Origin: Paraburkholderia kururiensis | GTDB taxonomy: Bacteria > Pseudomonadota > Gammaproteobacteria > Burkholderiales > Burkholderiaceae | Reading direction: 5' to 3' | NCBI RefSeq assembly: GCF_034424375.1 | Contig: NZ_CP139965.1 | Span: 3,643,480-3,667,479, forward strand | Length of the DNA stretch: 24,000 bases | Shown: positions 15,622 to 24,000 of the stretch, piece after piece | How positions within the stretch are numbered: the stretch's first letter is position 1 | Layout of the letters: every line of letters starts with the position of its first letter | The notes under the pieces: generated by a model | What the model was told of the DNA's origin: nothing | What the model saw: the letters and a program-made list of their open reading frames with translations, nothing else | Databases searched by the model: none | Program-made: the position numbers and the translations under genes

Positions 15622-16113
15622 ATGGAACCGGAAATCTGGGCCCCGCACGTTACGGTGGCGGCCATCGTCGAGCGCGGCGGGCGTTTTCTCCTTGTCGAGG
15701 AGCACACGTCCGAAGGACTGCGGCTGAACCAGCCGGCCGGGCATCTCGAGGCGGGCGAGTCGCTCGTCGATGCGGTGACTCGCGAAACGCTCGAGGAAAC
15801 GGCGCATCCGTTCGTGCCGCAGGCGCTCGTGGGCGTGTACATGACGCACTTCGGCCAACCGCACGAAAGCGGCGCCACCTACCTGCGCTTCACGTTCTGC
15901 GGCACGGCGGGCGAGGCGCTCGCAGACCGCGCGCTCGATGCCGACATCGTCCGTACGCTCTGGATGAGCGCCGACGAACTGCGCGCGGCGGGCGAACGGC
16001 ATCGCACCCCGCTCGTCATGCGCTGCATCGACGATTACCTCGCGGGACGTCGCGTCCCGCTCGATTTCGTGCACACGCACGCGGTGGGGCCGCGGCGCCC
16101 GGAGCGCCCGTAA
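15622..16113 (+). CDS. NUDIX hydrolase
   Basis: ATG at 15622, 163 aa. The N-terminus is MEPEIWAPHVTVAAIVERGGRFLLVEE and the NUDIX box is GHLEAGESLVDAVTRETLEETA (GX5EX7REUXEEXGU). Only the last part of ORF 14332..16113 is genuine. No SD is visible upstream. Confidence 0.85.
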   Translation: MEPEIWAPHVTVAAIVERGGRFLLVEEHTSEGLRLNQPAGHLEAGESLVDAVTRETLEETAHPFVPQALVGVYMTHFGQPHESGATYLRFTFCGTAGEALADRALDADIVRTLWMSADELRAAGERHRTPLVMRCIDDYLAGRRVPLDFVHTHAVGPRRPERP

Positions 16114-16257
16114 GCGCGATGGCTTCGGGCGGTCGTAGTCGAGTGATTGGCAACACCGCGCGGCAATGACCTACGGTCACGACCCGCGGCTCCGGTCCGC
16201 ACGATCCATCGGCACTATCAATCGGCAGCACCAACAAGCAGCAACAGGCAGCAAGCC

Positions 16258-17436
16258 ATGAGCAAACAAAAAGTCGTAGTGGGCATGTCGGGCGGCGTGG
16301 ATTCGTCGGTCACGGCATGGCTGCTCAAGGAGCAGGGATACGACGTGGTCGGTCTTTTCATGAAGAACTGGGAAGACGACGACGACAGCGAATACTGCTC
16401 GACGCGTGAAGACTGGATCGACGTCGTGTCGGTAGCGGACTTGATCGGCATCGACGTCGAGGCCGTCAACTTCGCCGCCGAATACAAGGACCGCGTGTTC
16501 GCGGAGTTCCTGCGCGAGTACTCGGCGGGCCGCACGCCGAACCCGGACGTGCTCTGCAACGCCGAGATCAAGTTCAAGGCGTTCCTCGACCACGCCATGA
16601 GTCTCGGCGCCGAGCGCATCGCGACGGGCCACTACGCGCGCGTGCGCGAAAACGAGGGCCGCTTCGAGCTGCTGAAGGCCACGGACCACACCAAGGACCA
16701 GTCGTACTTCCTGCACCGCCTCAACCAGGCACAGCTTTCGAAGACGATGTTCCCGCTCGGCGAAATTCCGAAGACGAAAGTGCGCGAGATCGCGGCGCAG
16801 ATCGGCCTGCCGAACGCGAAGAAGAAGGACTCCACGGGCATCTGCTTCATCGGCGAACGGCCGTTCCGCGACTTCCTGAACCGCTACCTGCCGACGAAGC
16901 CCGGCCCCATGAAAACGCCCGAAGGCAAGGTGGTGGGCGAGCACATCGGCCTTGCGTTCTACACGTTCGGACAGCGCAAGGGCATCGGCCTCGGCGGCAG
17001 CAAGGACGGCAGCGGCGAGCCCTGGTTCGTGGCGGCCAAAGACATTGCATCGAACACGTTGTACGTCGTGCAGGGCCACGATCATCCGTGGCTGCTTTCG
17101 GAGACGCTGCGCGCCGGCAACGTGAGCTGGGTGGCCGGCGAGTCGCCCGCGGACGGCCACGCCTGCGGCGCCAAAACCCGCTACCGCCAGGCCGACGCGG
17201 CATGCGTCTTCCACGCGCTGCCCGCTTTGGCTGCCAATACGGGCGAGGCCGACGACGCCTTCGAACTGCGCTTCACCGAAGCGCAATGGGCCGTGACGCC
17301 CGGCCAGTCCGCTGTGCTGTACGACGGCGACGTGTGCCTCGGCGGCGGCATCATCGAAAGCGCGGCGACGGCGCAGCCCACGCCGCAACCCGCCGCGCGC
17401 GAGCCGCAGCAAGCGGCGCTGCTCGGCGTGCGATAA
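16258..17436 (+). CDS. mnmA: tRNA 2-thiouridine(34) synthase MnmA
   Basis: ATG at 16258, 392 aa. The PP-loop is [18 protein letters not shown]. Other conserved stretches are [36 protein letters not shown] and [17 protein letters not shown]. Confidence 0.95.
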   Translation: MSKQKVVVGMSGGVDSSVTAWLLKEQGYDVVGLFMKNWEDDDDSEYCSTREDWIDVVSVADLIGIDVEAVNFAAEYKDRVFAEFLREYSAGRTPNPDVLCNAEIKFKAFLDHAMSLGAERIATGHYARVRENEGRFELLKATDHTKDQSYFLHRLNQAQLSKTMFPLGEIPKTKVREIAAQIGLPNAKKKDSTGICFIGERPFRDFLNRYLPTKPGPMKTPEGKVVGEHIGLAFYTFGQRKGIGLGGSKDGSGEPWFVAAKDIASNTLYVVQGHDHPWLLSETLRAGNVSWVAGESPADGHACGAKTRYRQADAACVFHALPALAANTGEADDAFELRFTEAQWAVTPGQSAVLYDGDVCLGGGIIESAATAQPTPQPAAREPQQAALLGVR

Positions 17437-17670
17437 GCCTGCACCGCGCGCGAACGAGGGTCGCCGTTCTCGTTCGCCGCGCAGCCAGGCTTCATCCTTC
17501 GCATTCCTTCGCGCGCCTTTCGGCACCTTTCGCTAGACGTCTATTCCGTCTCGCGCATCAGTGAGTTTCACAGCCGCGCCCTTCATCTTGCGGCATCATT
17601 CGGGGCACAACCGGCCGCCGCGCCGCACACGAAGTGCGGCGGCCTCCTTCGTTCACCCCGAGGAGACCGT

Positions 17671-19284
17671 ATGTTTTCCCGACGCTATCTGGCCATGTGG
17701 TGCGCCGTGCTGCTGCTTGCCGCGTGCCTTGCCGCCGCCGCGCTCCATCACCTGTCCTGGTTCTGGAGCGTGATTCCCGCGCTCCTCGTCGCGCTCGGCC
17801 TGGCCGATCTCACCCAGGAGCGCCACGCGATCCTGCGCAACTACCCGCTCTGGGGCCATCTGCGTTTCGCGTTCGAGTTCATCCGCCCCGAAATCCGCCA
17901 GTACTTCGTCGAAGACGACACCGAAGAAAAGCCGTTCTCGCGCCAGCAGCGCAGCATCGTCTACCAGCGCGCGAAAAACGAAGTGGACAGCCGCCCCTAC
18001 GGCACCGAACTCGACGTGCGCGCCGCCGGTCACGAATGGATCAGCCATTCGCTCATGCCGACGCAACTGCCCAACCACGACTTCCGCATTCTCGTCGGGC
18101 CGGAGCGCGAGCAGCCCTATGCGCTTTCCATCTTCAACGTCTCGGCCATGAGCTTCGGCTCGCTTTCCGCGAACGCGATCCGCGCGCTCAATCTGGGCGC
18201 GAAGAAAGGCGGCTTCGCCCACGACACGGGCGAAGGCTCGCTCTCGAAGTACCACCGCGAACACGGCGGCGACATCATCTGGGAAATCGCCTCGGGTTAT
18301 TTCGGTTGCCGTAACGACGACGGCACCTTCAACGCCGAGAAGTTCGCGCGCGAGGCCGCGGACCCGCAGGTGAAGATGATCGAAGTGAAGCTCTCGCAGG
18401 GCGCCAAACCGGGCCACGGCGGCGTGCTGCCCGCCGCGAAGATCACACCCGAAATTGCCGAGACGCGCGGCGTGCCGATGGGCCGCGACTGCATCTCGCC
18501 CGCCACGCACTCCGAGTTCTCGACGCCGCGCGGGCTGCTCGAATTCGTCGAGCGGCTGCGCAAGCTCTCGGGCGGCAAGCCGACGGGCTTCAAGCTCTGC
18601 ATCGGTCATCCTTGGGAGTTCTTCGGCATTGCCAAGGCGATGCTCGAAACAGGCATCCTGCCCGACTTCATCGTGGTGGACGGCGCCGAAGGCGGAACGG
18701 GCGCCGCACCGCTCGAGTTCACGGATCACATCGGCGTGCCGCTTCAGGAAGGGCTGCTGCTCGTGCACAACACGCTGGTGGGTTGCGGGCTGCGCGAGAA
18801 AATCCGCATCGGCGCGAGCGGCAAGATGATTACCGCATTCGACATTGCGAAGACACTCGCCATCGGCGCGGACTGGATCAACTCCGCGCGCGGCTTCATG
18901 TTCGCCGTGGGCTGCATCCAGGCGCAGACCTGCCACACGGGCCGCTGCCCGACCGGCGTCGCGACGCAAGACCCGGTGCGCCAGCGCGCGCTCGTCGTGC
19001 CCGACAAGGCCGACCGCGTATTCAACTTCCACCACAACACGCTGCACGCGCTCAAGGAAATCGTGCAGGCCGCGGGCCTCAAGCATCCGTCGGAACTGCG
19101 CGCGCATCACATCGTGCGGCGCGTCTCGTCGCACGAGGTCCAGCTGATGTCGCAACTGCTCAAGTACCTGGAGCCGGGCGATCTGCTCAGCGGCAACTAC
19201 CGCTACTCGCTGTACGAACAGTGGTGGCCGGTGGCGCGCAGCGACTCGTTCACGCCGCGACTCGAAGCGGCAGTGGCGGCGTAG
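17671..19284 (+). CDS. FMN-binding glutamate synthase family protein (GltB FMN-domain-like, membrane-anchored)
   Basis: 537 aa. A GAGGAG SD (17660-17665) precedes ATG 17671. Two TM helices sit at the N-terminus. Characteristic stretches are VSAMSFGSLSANAIRALNLGAKKGG, EVKLSQGAKPGHGGVLP, DFIVVDGAEGGTGAAP and CHTGRCPTGVATQDP. Confidence 0.9.
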   Translation: MFSRRYLAMWCAVLLLAACLAAAALHHLSWFWSVIPALLVALGLADLTQERHAILRNYPLWGHLRFAFEFIRPEIRQYFVEDDTEEKPFSRQQRSIVYQRAKNEVDSRPYGTELDVRAAGHEWISHSLMPTQLPNHDFRILVGPEREQPYALSIFNVSAMSFGSLSANAIRALNLGAKKGGFAHDTGEGSLSKYHREHGGDIIWEIASGYFGCRNDDGTFNAEKFAREAADPQVKMIEVKLSQGAKPGHGGVLPAAKITPEIAETRGVPMGRDCISPATHSEFSTPRGLLEFVERLRKLSGGKPTGFKLCIGHPWEFFGIAKAMLETGILPDFIVVDGAEGGTGAAPLEFTDHIGVPLQEGLLLVHNTLVGCGLREKIRIGASGKMITAFDIAKTLAIGADWINSARGFMFAVGCIQAQTCHTGRCPTGVATQDPVRQRALVVPDKADRVFNFHHNTLHALKEIVQAAGLKHPSELRAHHIVRRVSSHEVQLMSQLLKYLEPGDLLSGNYRYSLYEQWWPVARSDSFTPRLEAAVAA

Positions 19285-19313
19285 CAGGCCATGACGCACG
19301 CGACCCTGCGCAC

Positions 19314-19340
19314 AAAAGAAAAGCCCCGCCGAAGCGGGGC
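19314..19340 (-). terminator. Rho-independent terminator for the minus-strand ABC transporter operon (may also stop the + strand gene)
   Basis: Stem GCCCCGC (19323-19329) / GCGGGGC (19334-19340) with a CGAA loop. On the - strand it is followed by CTTTTCTTTTG, the complement of AAAAGAAAA at 19314-19322. There is no T-run on the + strand side. Confidence 0.7.
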
Positions 19341-19453
19341 AATGTGGTCAACGTGACGTAACCACGCGAAAGAACGGATAACGCTGAAGGCGCGGACCGA
19401 TGCGATGGAGCATGGGCCGCGCCTGATGTTTTTGCGGCGCGGTCAGATGGCCT

Positions 19454-20314
19454 TCACACCGCCATCGGCCGCCATTTCAGCAAACGCTGCTCGATTGCGG
19501 TCAGCAGATAATCCGCGGCAAGCGCCACCACCGCCAGCACGATCATCGCCGCGAACACGCCGCTCGCGTTGAACGCGCCTTGCGCCGTGGAAATCAGCAG
19601 ACCGATGCCCTGCTTCGAACCCAGGAACTCGCCCACCACGGCACCGACCAGCGCGAAGCCGAAGCTCACGTGCAGGCTCGCGAGAATCCAGCTGAGCGCC
19701 GAGGGAATCACCACCGCCGTCGTCACCTGGCGGCGCGAGGCGCCGAGAATTTGCGCGTTCGCGATCATGTAGCGGTCGGCTTCGCGCACGCCCTGGAACG
19801 CATTGGCGAACACGACGAAGAACACCATCACCACCGCCAGCGCCACCTTCGACGCCATGCCGAGACCCAGCGCGATCACGAACACCGAACCCAGCACCAC
19901 GCGCGGAATCGAGTTGGCGATCTTGATGTAGATGCTGAACACGTCGGAGAGCAGCTTGTTGCGGCCCAGCACGATGCCGCAGAACACGCCGGCCACGGAA
20001 CCGATCAGAAAGCCGAGGCCGGTCTCTTCCAGCGTGACCCACACCTGGGTCAAGAGCGGCCCTTGCGACGTGCCGTTGACGAACCAGTCGACGATCTGCG
20101 CGAAGATCTGCGACGGCATGGAGAAGAAGAACGGATCGATCCACTTGAGCCGTGCGGCCACTTCCCAGCCGCCCAGCACGACGACGAGCACGGCAATGCG
20201 CAGACCGATCACGAGCGCGTGGCGGCGCCGGATGCGCTGCTGGGCCACGCGCTCGACCTGGGCGAGCGCCGCGGCGTCGATGCCCACGGGCATCGCTTGT
20301 TGAGGGGTAGACAT
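19454..20314 (-). CDS. ABC transporter permease (NitT/TauT family, BPD-type)
   Basis: 286 aa with ATG at 20314 and a GCGGAG SD-like element about 8 nt upstream. It has six predicted TM segments and an EAA-like loop (ANAFQGVREADRYMIANAQILGASRRQ). Confidence 0.88.
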   Translation of the reverse strand: MSTPQQAMPVGIDAAALAQVERVAQQRIRRRHALVIGLRIAVLVVVLGGWEVAARLKWIDPFFFSMPSQIFAQIVDWFVNGTSQGPLLTQVWVTLEETGLGFLIGSVAGVFCGIVLGRNKLLSDVFSIYIKIANSIPRVVLGSVFVIALGLGMASKVALAVVMVFFVVFANAFQGVREADRYMIANAQILGASRRQVTTAVVIPSALSWILASLHVSFGFALVGAVVGEFLGSKQGIGLLISTAQGAFNASGVFAAMIVLAVVALAADYLLTAIEQRLLKWRPMAV

Positions 20315-20335
20315 GATGTACTCCGCTTGCGTTGA

Positions 20336-21187
20336 TTACCCGATCTGCACTTCTTCGCGCAGGTCGTGCCAGATGTCCCGCGAGATTTCGATGAAGCGCG
20401 GGTCGTAGCGCACCTCGGAGGTGATGCGCGGACGCGGCAGGTCGATCTCGTACACCTTCTTGAGCGTGGCCGGACGTGCCGTCAGCACGAACACGCGGTC
20501 GGCCAGCGCAATCGCCTCTTCCAGATCGTGCGTGACGAACACGACCGAACCCGCATTCGCCGACCACAGTTGCAGCAGTTCGTCCTGCATCAGCGTGCGG
20601 GTCTGCATGTCGAGCGCGGAGAACGGCTCGTCCATGAGCAGGATTTCCGGCTTGTTGATGAAGGTCTGCGCGAGCGCCACGCGCTTGCGCATGCCGCCCG
20701 ACAGCTGATGCGGGTAGTGCTTGCCGAACTTGTCGAGGCCCACGCGACGCAGCCATTCGTTGGCTTCGTCGTAAGCCGCCGACTTCGAACGGCCGCGAAA
20801 GAGCGGTCCCGCCGCGACGTTGTCGAGCACCGAGCGCCACGGGAACACGGCGTCGGCCTGGAACACGAAGCCGATGCGCGGGTCGATGCCGTTCACGGGC
20901 TGGCCCATCACGCGCACTTCGCCCGTGGTGGGCTTGAGCAGACCCGTGATCATGCTCAATGTCGTGGACTTGCCGCAGCCCGTGGGCCCGACGACCGCAA
21001 CGAACTCGCCGCGCGCCACCGACATGGTGAAGTCGCGCAACGCGATGGTCGCCTTGCCATCGGGGCTGATGAAGCGGCACGAGACGTTGCGCAGCTCGAT
21101 GGCCGGCGAGCCCGTCGGCGAGCCGTTCGTTGAGGGGGATACAGGTCGATTCATCGCTTGCAGTTCCGCTGTTGTCATGACCGCCAT
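20336..21187 (-). CDS. ABC transporter ATP-binding protein (NitT/TauT family, SsuB/TauB-like)
   Basis: 283 aa. Walker A is GPTGCGKST, the signature is LSGGMRKRVALA and Walker B is ILLMDEPFSALD. The exact start is uncertain: there are several in-frame ATGs near 21187-21150 and no strong SD. Confidence 0.88.
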   Translation of the reverse strand: MAVMTTAELQAMNRPVSPSTNGSPTGSPAIELRNVSCRFISPDGKATIALRDFTMSVARGEFVAVVGPTGCGKSTTLSMITGLLKPTTGEVRVMGQPVNGIDPRIGFVFQADAVFPWRSVLDNVAAGPLFRGRSKSAAYDEANEWLRRVGLDKFGKHYPHQLSGGMRKRVALAQTFINKPEILLMDEPFSALDMQTRTLMQDELLQLWSANAGSVVFVTHDLEEAIALADRVFVLTARPATLKKVYEIDLPRPRITSEVRYDPRFIEISRDIWHDLREEVQIG

Positions 21188-21205
21188 GGGTGACTCATGC
21201 GCCGG

Positions 21206-22237
21206 TTATTTCGCGGCGGTCTTCACCGACGAGACGAACTCGTTCGTGTAAGTGCGCGCCAGATCGATATGTTTGCCCTTCACCGAGGGGCTGAACGACG
21301 AGAGCACCTTCAGCACCGTGTCGGGACCGTCGGCGGGCATCTTGCCGTCCTTCGTGAACATGGGCAGCGACGCCTTCAGCGCGCCCACGTAGAGGTCGCG
21401 GTTGTTGCCGTAGTAGTCCTTCGGCATCTTGTCGGCGATTTCGTCGGCGCTGTGCGTCGCGATGAAGTTCAGCGTCTTCACGAAGGCACGCGCGAGCTTC
21501 GCGGCTTCGTCCTTGTGCGACTCGGCCCACGCGCGCTGCACGTAGAAGCTCGACGCCGGATACGTGCCGCCCAGCGCCGCGCGCGTGCCGTCGAGCGTGC
21601 GCATGTCGACCAGCACCTTCGCGTCGCCGGTCTTCAGCAGTTGCGAGACGGTGGGCTCGGTCGTCATGCCCGCGTCGATGCGGCTTTGCTTGATCGCGGC
21701 GATGAAGCTCGCGTCAGCGCCCACGGGCAGCAGCGTGTATTGCGTGGACGGCACGCCGGCGCGCTGCGCGAGGTACTGCGTGAGAAAGCTCGTGGACGAA
21801 CCGAGGCCCGTCACGCCCAGCGTCTTGCCCTTCACGTCGGCCATGCTCTTCAGGCTGCCGGCGGCCTTGGTCGCCACCATTTCCACTTCACCCGGCACCT
21901 GGCCGAAGATCACGAGCGCTTCGACTTCCTTGCCCTTGCTCTGCAGGTCGATGGTGTGATCGTAGAAACCCACCACGCCCTGCACGGCGCCTGCGAGCAG
22001 TTCGTTTTCCGCGTCGACGCCGGCGGGCTGCGACTGGATCTCGACGTCGAGCCCTTCTTCCTTGAAGTAGCCGAGCTGCTCGGTGAGCTTGGCCGGCAGA
22101 TAGATGATCTTGGTCGCGCCGCCCACCATGATCGTGATCTTCGAGGAATCGGCCGAGGCCGGCGCCGGGGCCGCGGCAAGCGCGAAGGCCAGCGCGGCAA
22201 AACTCGACAGGGCAGCCACTTTACGCAGGGTACGCAT
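21206..22237 (-). CDS. ABC transporter periplasmic substrate-binding protein (NMT1/SsuA/TauA-like)
   Basis: 343 aa. ATG at 22237 is preceded by an AAGGAGA SD. The signal peptide is MRTLRKVAALSSFAALAFALAAAPAPASA. The motifs YLPAKLTEQLGYFKEEGLDVE...GKTLGVTGLGSSTSF are typical of NitT/TauT-family binding proteins. The substrate cannot be assigned from sequence. Confidence 0.85.
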   Translation of the reverse strand: MRTLRKVAALSSFAALAFALAAAPAPASADSSKITIMVGGATKIIYLPAKLTEQLGYFKEEGLDVEIQSQPAGVDAENELLAGAVQGVVGFYDHTIDLQSKGKEVEALVIFGQVPGEVEMVATKAAGSLKSMADVKGKTLGVTGLGSSTSFLTQYLAQRAGVPSTQYTLLPVGADASFIAAIKQSRIDAGMTTEPTVSQLLKTGDAKVLVDMRTLDGTRAALGGTYPASSFYVQRAWAESHKDEAAKLARAFVKTLNFIATHSADEIADKMPKDYYGNNRDLYVGALKASLPMFTKDGKMPADGPDTVLKVLSSFSPSVKGKHIDLARTYTNEFVSSVKTAAK

Positions 22238-22356
22238 GAAGAAAGTCTCCTTGGTTGGGCGGACCGCCTTGTGCTTCGCCCCGGTTTTGGTCTCGGGTTC
22301 AGCCTTGCGTTGGCGCGGTCCTTTCTGGGCCTGGTCTTAAGCTAGGCGTGAGGCGG

Positions 22357-22384
22357 ATTATAAAAATGCGAAACCTTCTGCCAG
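22357..22384 (-). promoter_or_regulatory. Candidate sigma70 promoter for the ABC operon (-35 CTGGCA, 16-nt spacer, -10 TATAAT)
   Basis: On the - strand there is a perfect TATAAT (22362-22357) inside the only AT-rich patch of this intergenic region, with CTGGCA at 22384-22379. It lies about 120 nt upstream of the SBP start. This is a sequence match only. Confidence 0.35.
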
Positions 22385-22461
22385 CTATCGGCCCGCGGCG
22401 ACAAGCATTCGTGTTAACCCGCAATGCCGCGCGCCGCCCTGCGCGAGGCTCGTGGGCCGCA

Positions 22462-22489
22462 TTGCAAAGCCGCCGATTTGCGGCACAAT
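22462..22489 (+). promoter_or_regulatory. Candidate sigma70 promoter for the two-component operon (-35 TTGCAA, 16-nt spacer, -10 CACAAT)
   Basis: TTGCAA at 22462-22467 and CACAAT at 22484-22489, about 40 nt upstream of the response-regulator ATG. This is a sequence match only. Confidence 0.25.
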
Positions 22490-22527
22490 CGACGGCCTGA
22501 TCCGTGCGGCTCGCCCGCTGCTGCCCC

Positions 22528-23205
22528 ATGAAGCTGCTGCTCATCGAAGACAATCCCACGCTTTCGCACTGGCTCGCCAAAACGCTGGAGCAGGACGCGT
22601 TCGCGCTCGACGCCGTGCAGGACGGCGACGCCGCCGACCAGCTGCTGCGCACGAACCGCTACGACGTGGTGCTGCTCGACCTGAACCTGCCGAAGCTCTC
22701 GGGCAAGAACGTGCTGCGCCGCATGCGCCAGCGCGGCGACGAAACGCCGGTCATGATCCTCACGGCGAGCGGGTCGATCGACGAAAAGGTCGAGCTGCTT
22801 GGACTCGGCGCGGACGACTACCTCGTGAAGCCGTTCGAGGTGCGCGAACTCGTGGCACGCATCAAGGTGCTGATTCGCCGCCAGGCACCCACCAAGGCCG
22901 GCGACGTGACCTGCGGCGACCTCGCCTTCGATATCGACACACGCCAGTTCACGCTGAAGGGCACCCCGCTTGCGGTGACGCCGCGCGAACGCACGGTGCT
23001 CGAAACGCTGATCCTGCGGCTCGGCAAGACCGTCTCGAAGGCGGCGCTCATGGACGCCATCTTCACGCTCGCCGACGAGCCCAGCGAAGACGCCGTCGAA
23101 ATCTACATCTCGCGCCTGCGCAAGAAGCTGGACGGCAGCTCCGCCGCCATCGTCACGCTGCGCGGCCTCGGCTACCTGCTGCGCAAGAAAGACGATGAGC
23201 AGTAA
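22528..23205 (+). CDS. OmpR/PhoB-family response regulator (TctD/QseB-like)
   Basis: ATG at 22528, 225 aa. The receiver domain reads MKLLLIEDNPTL...YDVVLLDLNLPKLSG...PVMILTA...GADDYLVKPF. The winged-helix domain reads LTPRERTVLETLILRLGKTVSKAAL...EIYISRLRKKL...TLRGLGYLL. Confidence 0.9.
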   Translation: MKLLLIEDNPTLSHWLAKTLEQDAFALDAVQDGDAADQLLRTNRYDVVLLDLNLPKLSGKNVLRRMRQRGDETPVMILTASGSIDEKVELLGLGADDYLVKPFEVRELVARIKVLIRRQAPTKAGDVTCGDLAFDIDTRQFTLKGTPLAVTPRERTVLETLILRLGKTVSKAALMDAIFTLADEPSEDAVEIYISRLRKKLDGSSAAIVTLRGLGYLLRKKDDEQ

Positions 23206-23207
23206 CG

Positions 23208-24000
23208 ATGACCAATAGCCTGCGCGTGCGTCTTTTGTGGTGGCTGCTGCTGCCGCTCGCGCTCTACGTGTTCGTGACCGCGAAAACGGAGCACGACAAC
23301 GCGCGCCACACCGCCGACCTCGTGCAGGACAATCTGCTCGTCGCCTCGGCACGCATGATCTCGGGCGAAGTGGAATGGGCGGACGGTGCGCTCATGGTCG
23401 ACATGCCGCCCGCCGCCATCGAAGTGTTCGCCTCGCCCTACGGCGACCAGGTGTTCTACAGCGTGCGTCTGGAAGACGGCCGGCTGCTCGCGGGCCTGCC
23501 GGACTTCCCTTCCGCAAGCGGCGGCGTGGCCGACCCGGCCACCGAGCCGCAATGGTTCGACGCCACGCTGCGCGGCCAGCGCGTGCGCGCGGTGTCGCTC
23601 GTGCGGCTCATGTACGACAACGGCGCGACGCGCCGCGTGCAGATTCTCGTGGGCAAGACGACGCGCTCGCGCGACGCCATGGTGCAAGCCGTATGGCGGC
23701 CCCAGTTGATCCGGCAGATCGAGATGATCGTGCTGGCGGTCGCGCTGGCTTGCATCGGACTCACGTTCGAACTGCGGCCGCTCATGAAGGTGAAAGACGA
23801 CGTGGCCGACCGCGATCCGATGCAACTTGCGCCGCTGCGCGTGGAGCGGCTGCACACCGAACTGCGGCCCATCGTGGATGCGATCAACCAGTGCATCGCG
23901 CGGCTCGGCTTGCAGGTCGCGACGCAGCGGCGCTTCATCGCCGACGCCGCGCATCAGCTGCGCACGCCGCTCACGCTGCTCGGCACGCAGCTTCAGTTCG
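23208..24000 (+). CDS. Sensor histidine kinase (TctE-like, N-terminal periplasmic sensor domain), 3'-truncated by the window edge
   Basis: It is absent from the ORF track because no stop is reached. I translated it by hand from ATG 23208, which lies 2 nt after the regulator's stop. TM1 is MTNSLRVRLLWWLLLPLALYVFV, followed by a periplasmic domain and TM2 (IVLAVALACIGLTF). The H-box RRFIADAAHQLRTPLT lies near 23930-23975. Confidence 0.85.
   Translation, partial: MTNSLRVRLLWWLLLPLALYVFVTAKTEHDNARHTADLVQDNLLVASARMISGEVEWADGALMVDMPPAAIEVFASPYGDQVFYSVRLEDGRLLAGLPDFPSASGGVADPATEPQWFDATLRGQRVRAVSLVRLMYDNGATRRVQILVGKTTRSRDAMVQAVWRPQLIRQIEMIVLAVALACIGLTFELRPLMKVKDDVADRDPMQLAPLRVERLHTELRPIVDAINQCIARLGLQVATQRRFIADAAHQLRTPLTLLGTQLQF

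Noticed and set aside
17653-19299. A 548-aa ORF antisense to the glutamate-synthase-family gene.
   Set aside because: Its composition is Arg/Ala/Glu/His-rich and it has no motifs. It is an exact mirror of a well-supported sense gene, so I treat it as a GC-driven artefact rather than an overlapping gene.
19417-19442. The hairpin CCGCGCC-N12-GGCGCGG immediately after the permease stop.
   Set aside because: The T-run is in the loop, not after the stem, on either strand. The canonical terminator at 19314-19340 better explains operon termination.
22367-22384. A sigma54-like -24/-12 element (CTGGCA-N6-TTTCGCA, - strand) upstream of the ABC operon.
   Set aside because: The GG-to-GC spacing is one nucleotide longer than the canonical TGGCAC-N5-TTGC. 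The same region gives a perfect sigma70 -10 box. I kept it only as an alternative reading, not as a called feature.
1-24000. A search for mobile elements, an integration hallmark, defence or toxin-antitoxin modules, or a compositionally foreign island.
   Set aside because: I found no transposase, integrase or phage-like ORFs, no flanking direct or inverted repeats, and no tRNA target. No obvious AT-rich block exists beyond short promoter patches. The gene content is housekeeping or envelope related, so I do not claim an accessory island or a novel system here.

Overview
The window is a visibly very GC-rich chromosomal segment with Burkholderia/Paraburkholderia-like (betaproteobacterial) gene content. 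That placement is judged from protein similarity by eye, not from a search.

It is densely packed with recognisable core genes:
- the 3' part of secF and an MHS-type MFS transporter;
- a cytochrome b561 / YceI / YceI operon, divergent from a split-pqiA / pqiB / pqiC MCE envelope-transport operon;
- a THUMP RNA methyltransferase and an ArsR / VOC / YafY(WYL) trio;
- a three-gene proton-translocating transhydrogenase operon (pntAA-pntAB-pntB);
- a NUDIX hydrolase, mnmA and an FMN-dependent glutamate-synthase-family protein;
- a NitT/TauT-type ABC importer (SBP-ATPase-permease) and the start of a TctD/TctE-like two-component system.

I see no transposase, integrase, phage gene, CRISPR array, tRNA/rRNA gene or recognisable defence system, and I cannot honestly point to a clearly novel multi-gene system.

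The observations most worth a second look are:
1. A 7-bp tandem duplication frameshifts the MFS transporter.
2. A C7 homopolymer frameshift splits pqiB and puts its N-terminal part in frame with pqiC. This explains the 1063-aa ORF in the track.
3. The b561/YceI and Pqi clusters are paired divergently across an unusually long 572-bp spacer.
4. The pntAA/NUDIX intergenic region holds an array of GC-rich units phased at about 11 bp.
5. PqiC and the first PqiA half carry low-complexity C-terminal tails, one containing a hexanucleotide microsatellite.

Many long ORFs in the track are off-frame or antisense artefacts of high-GC DNA.
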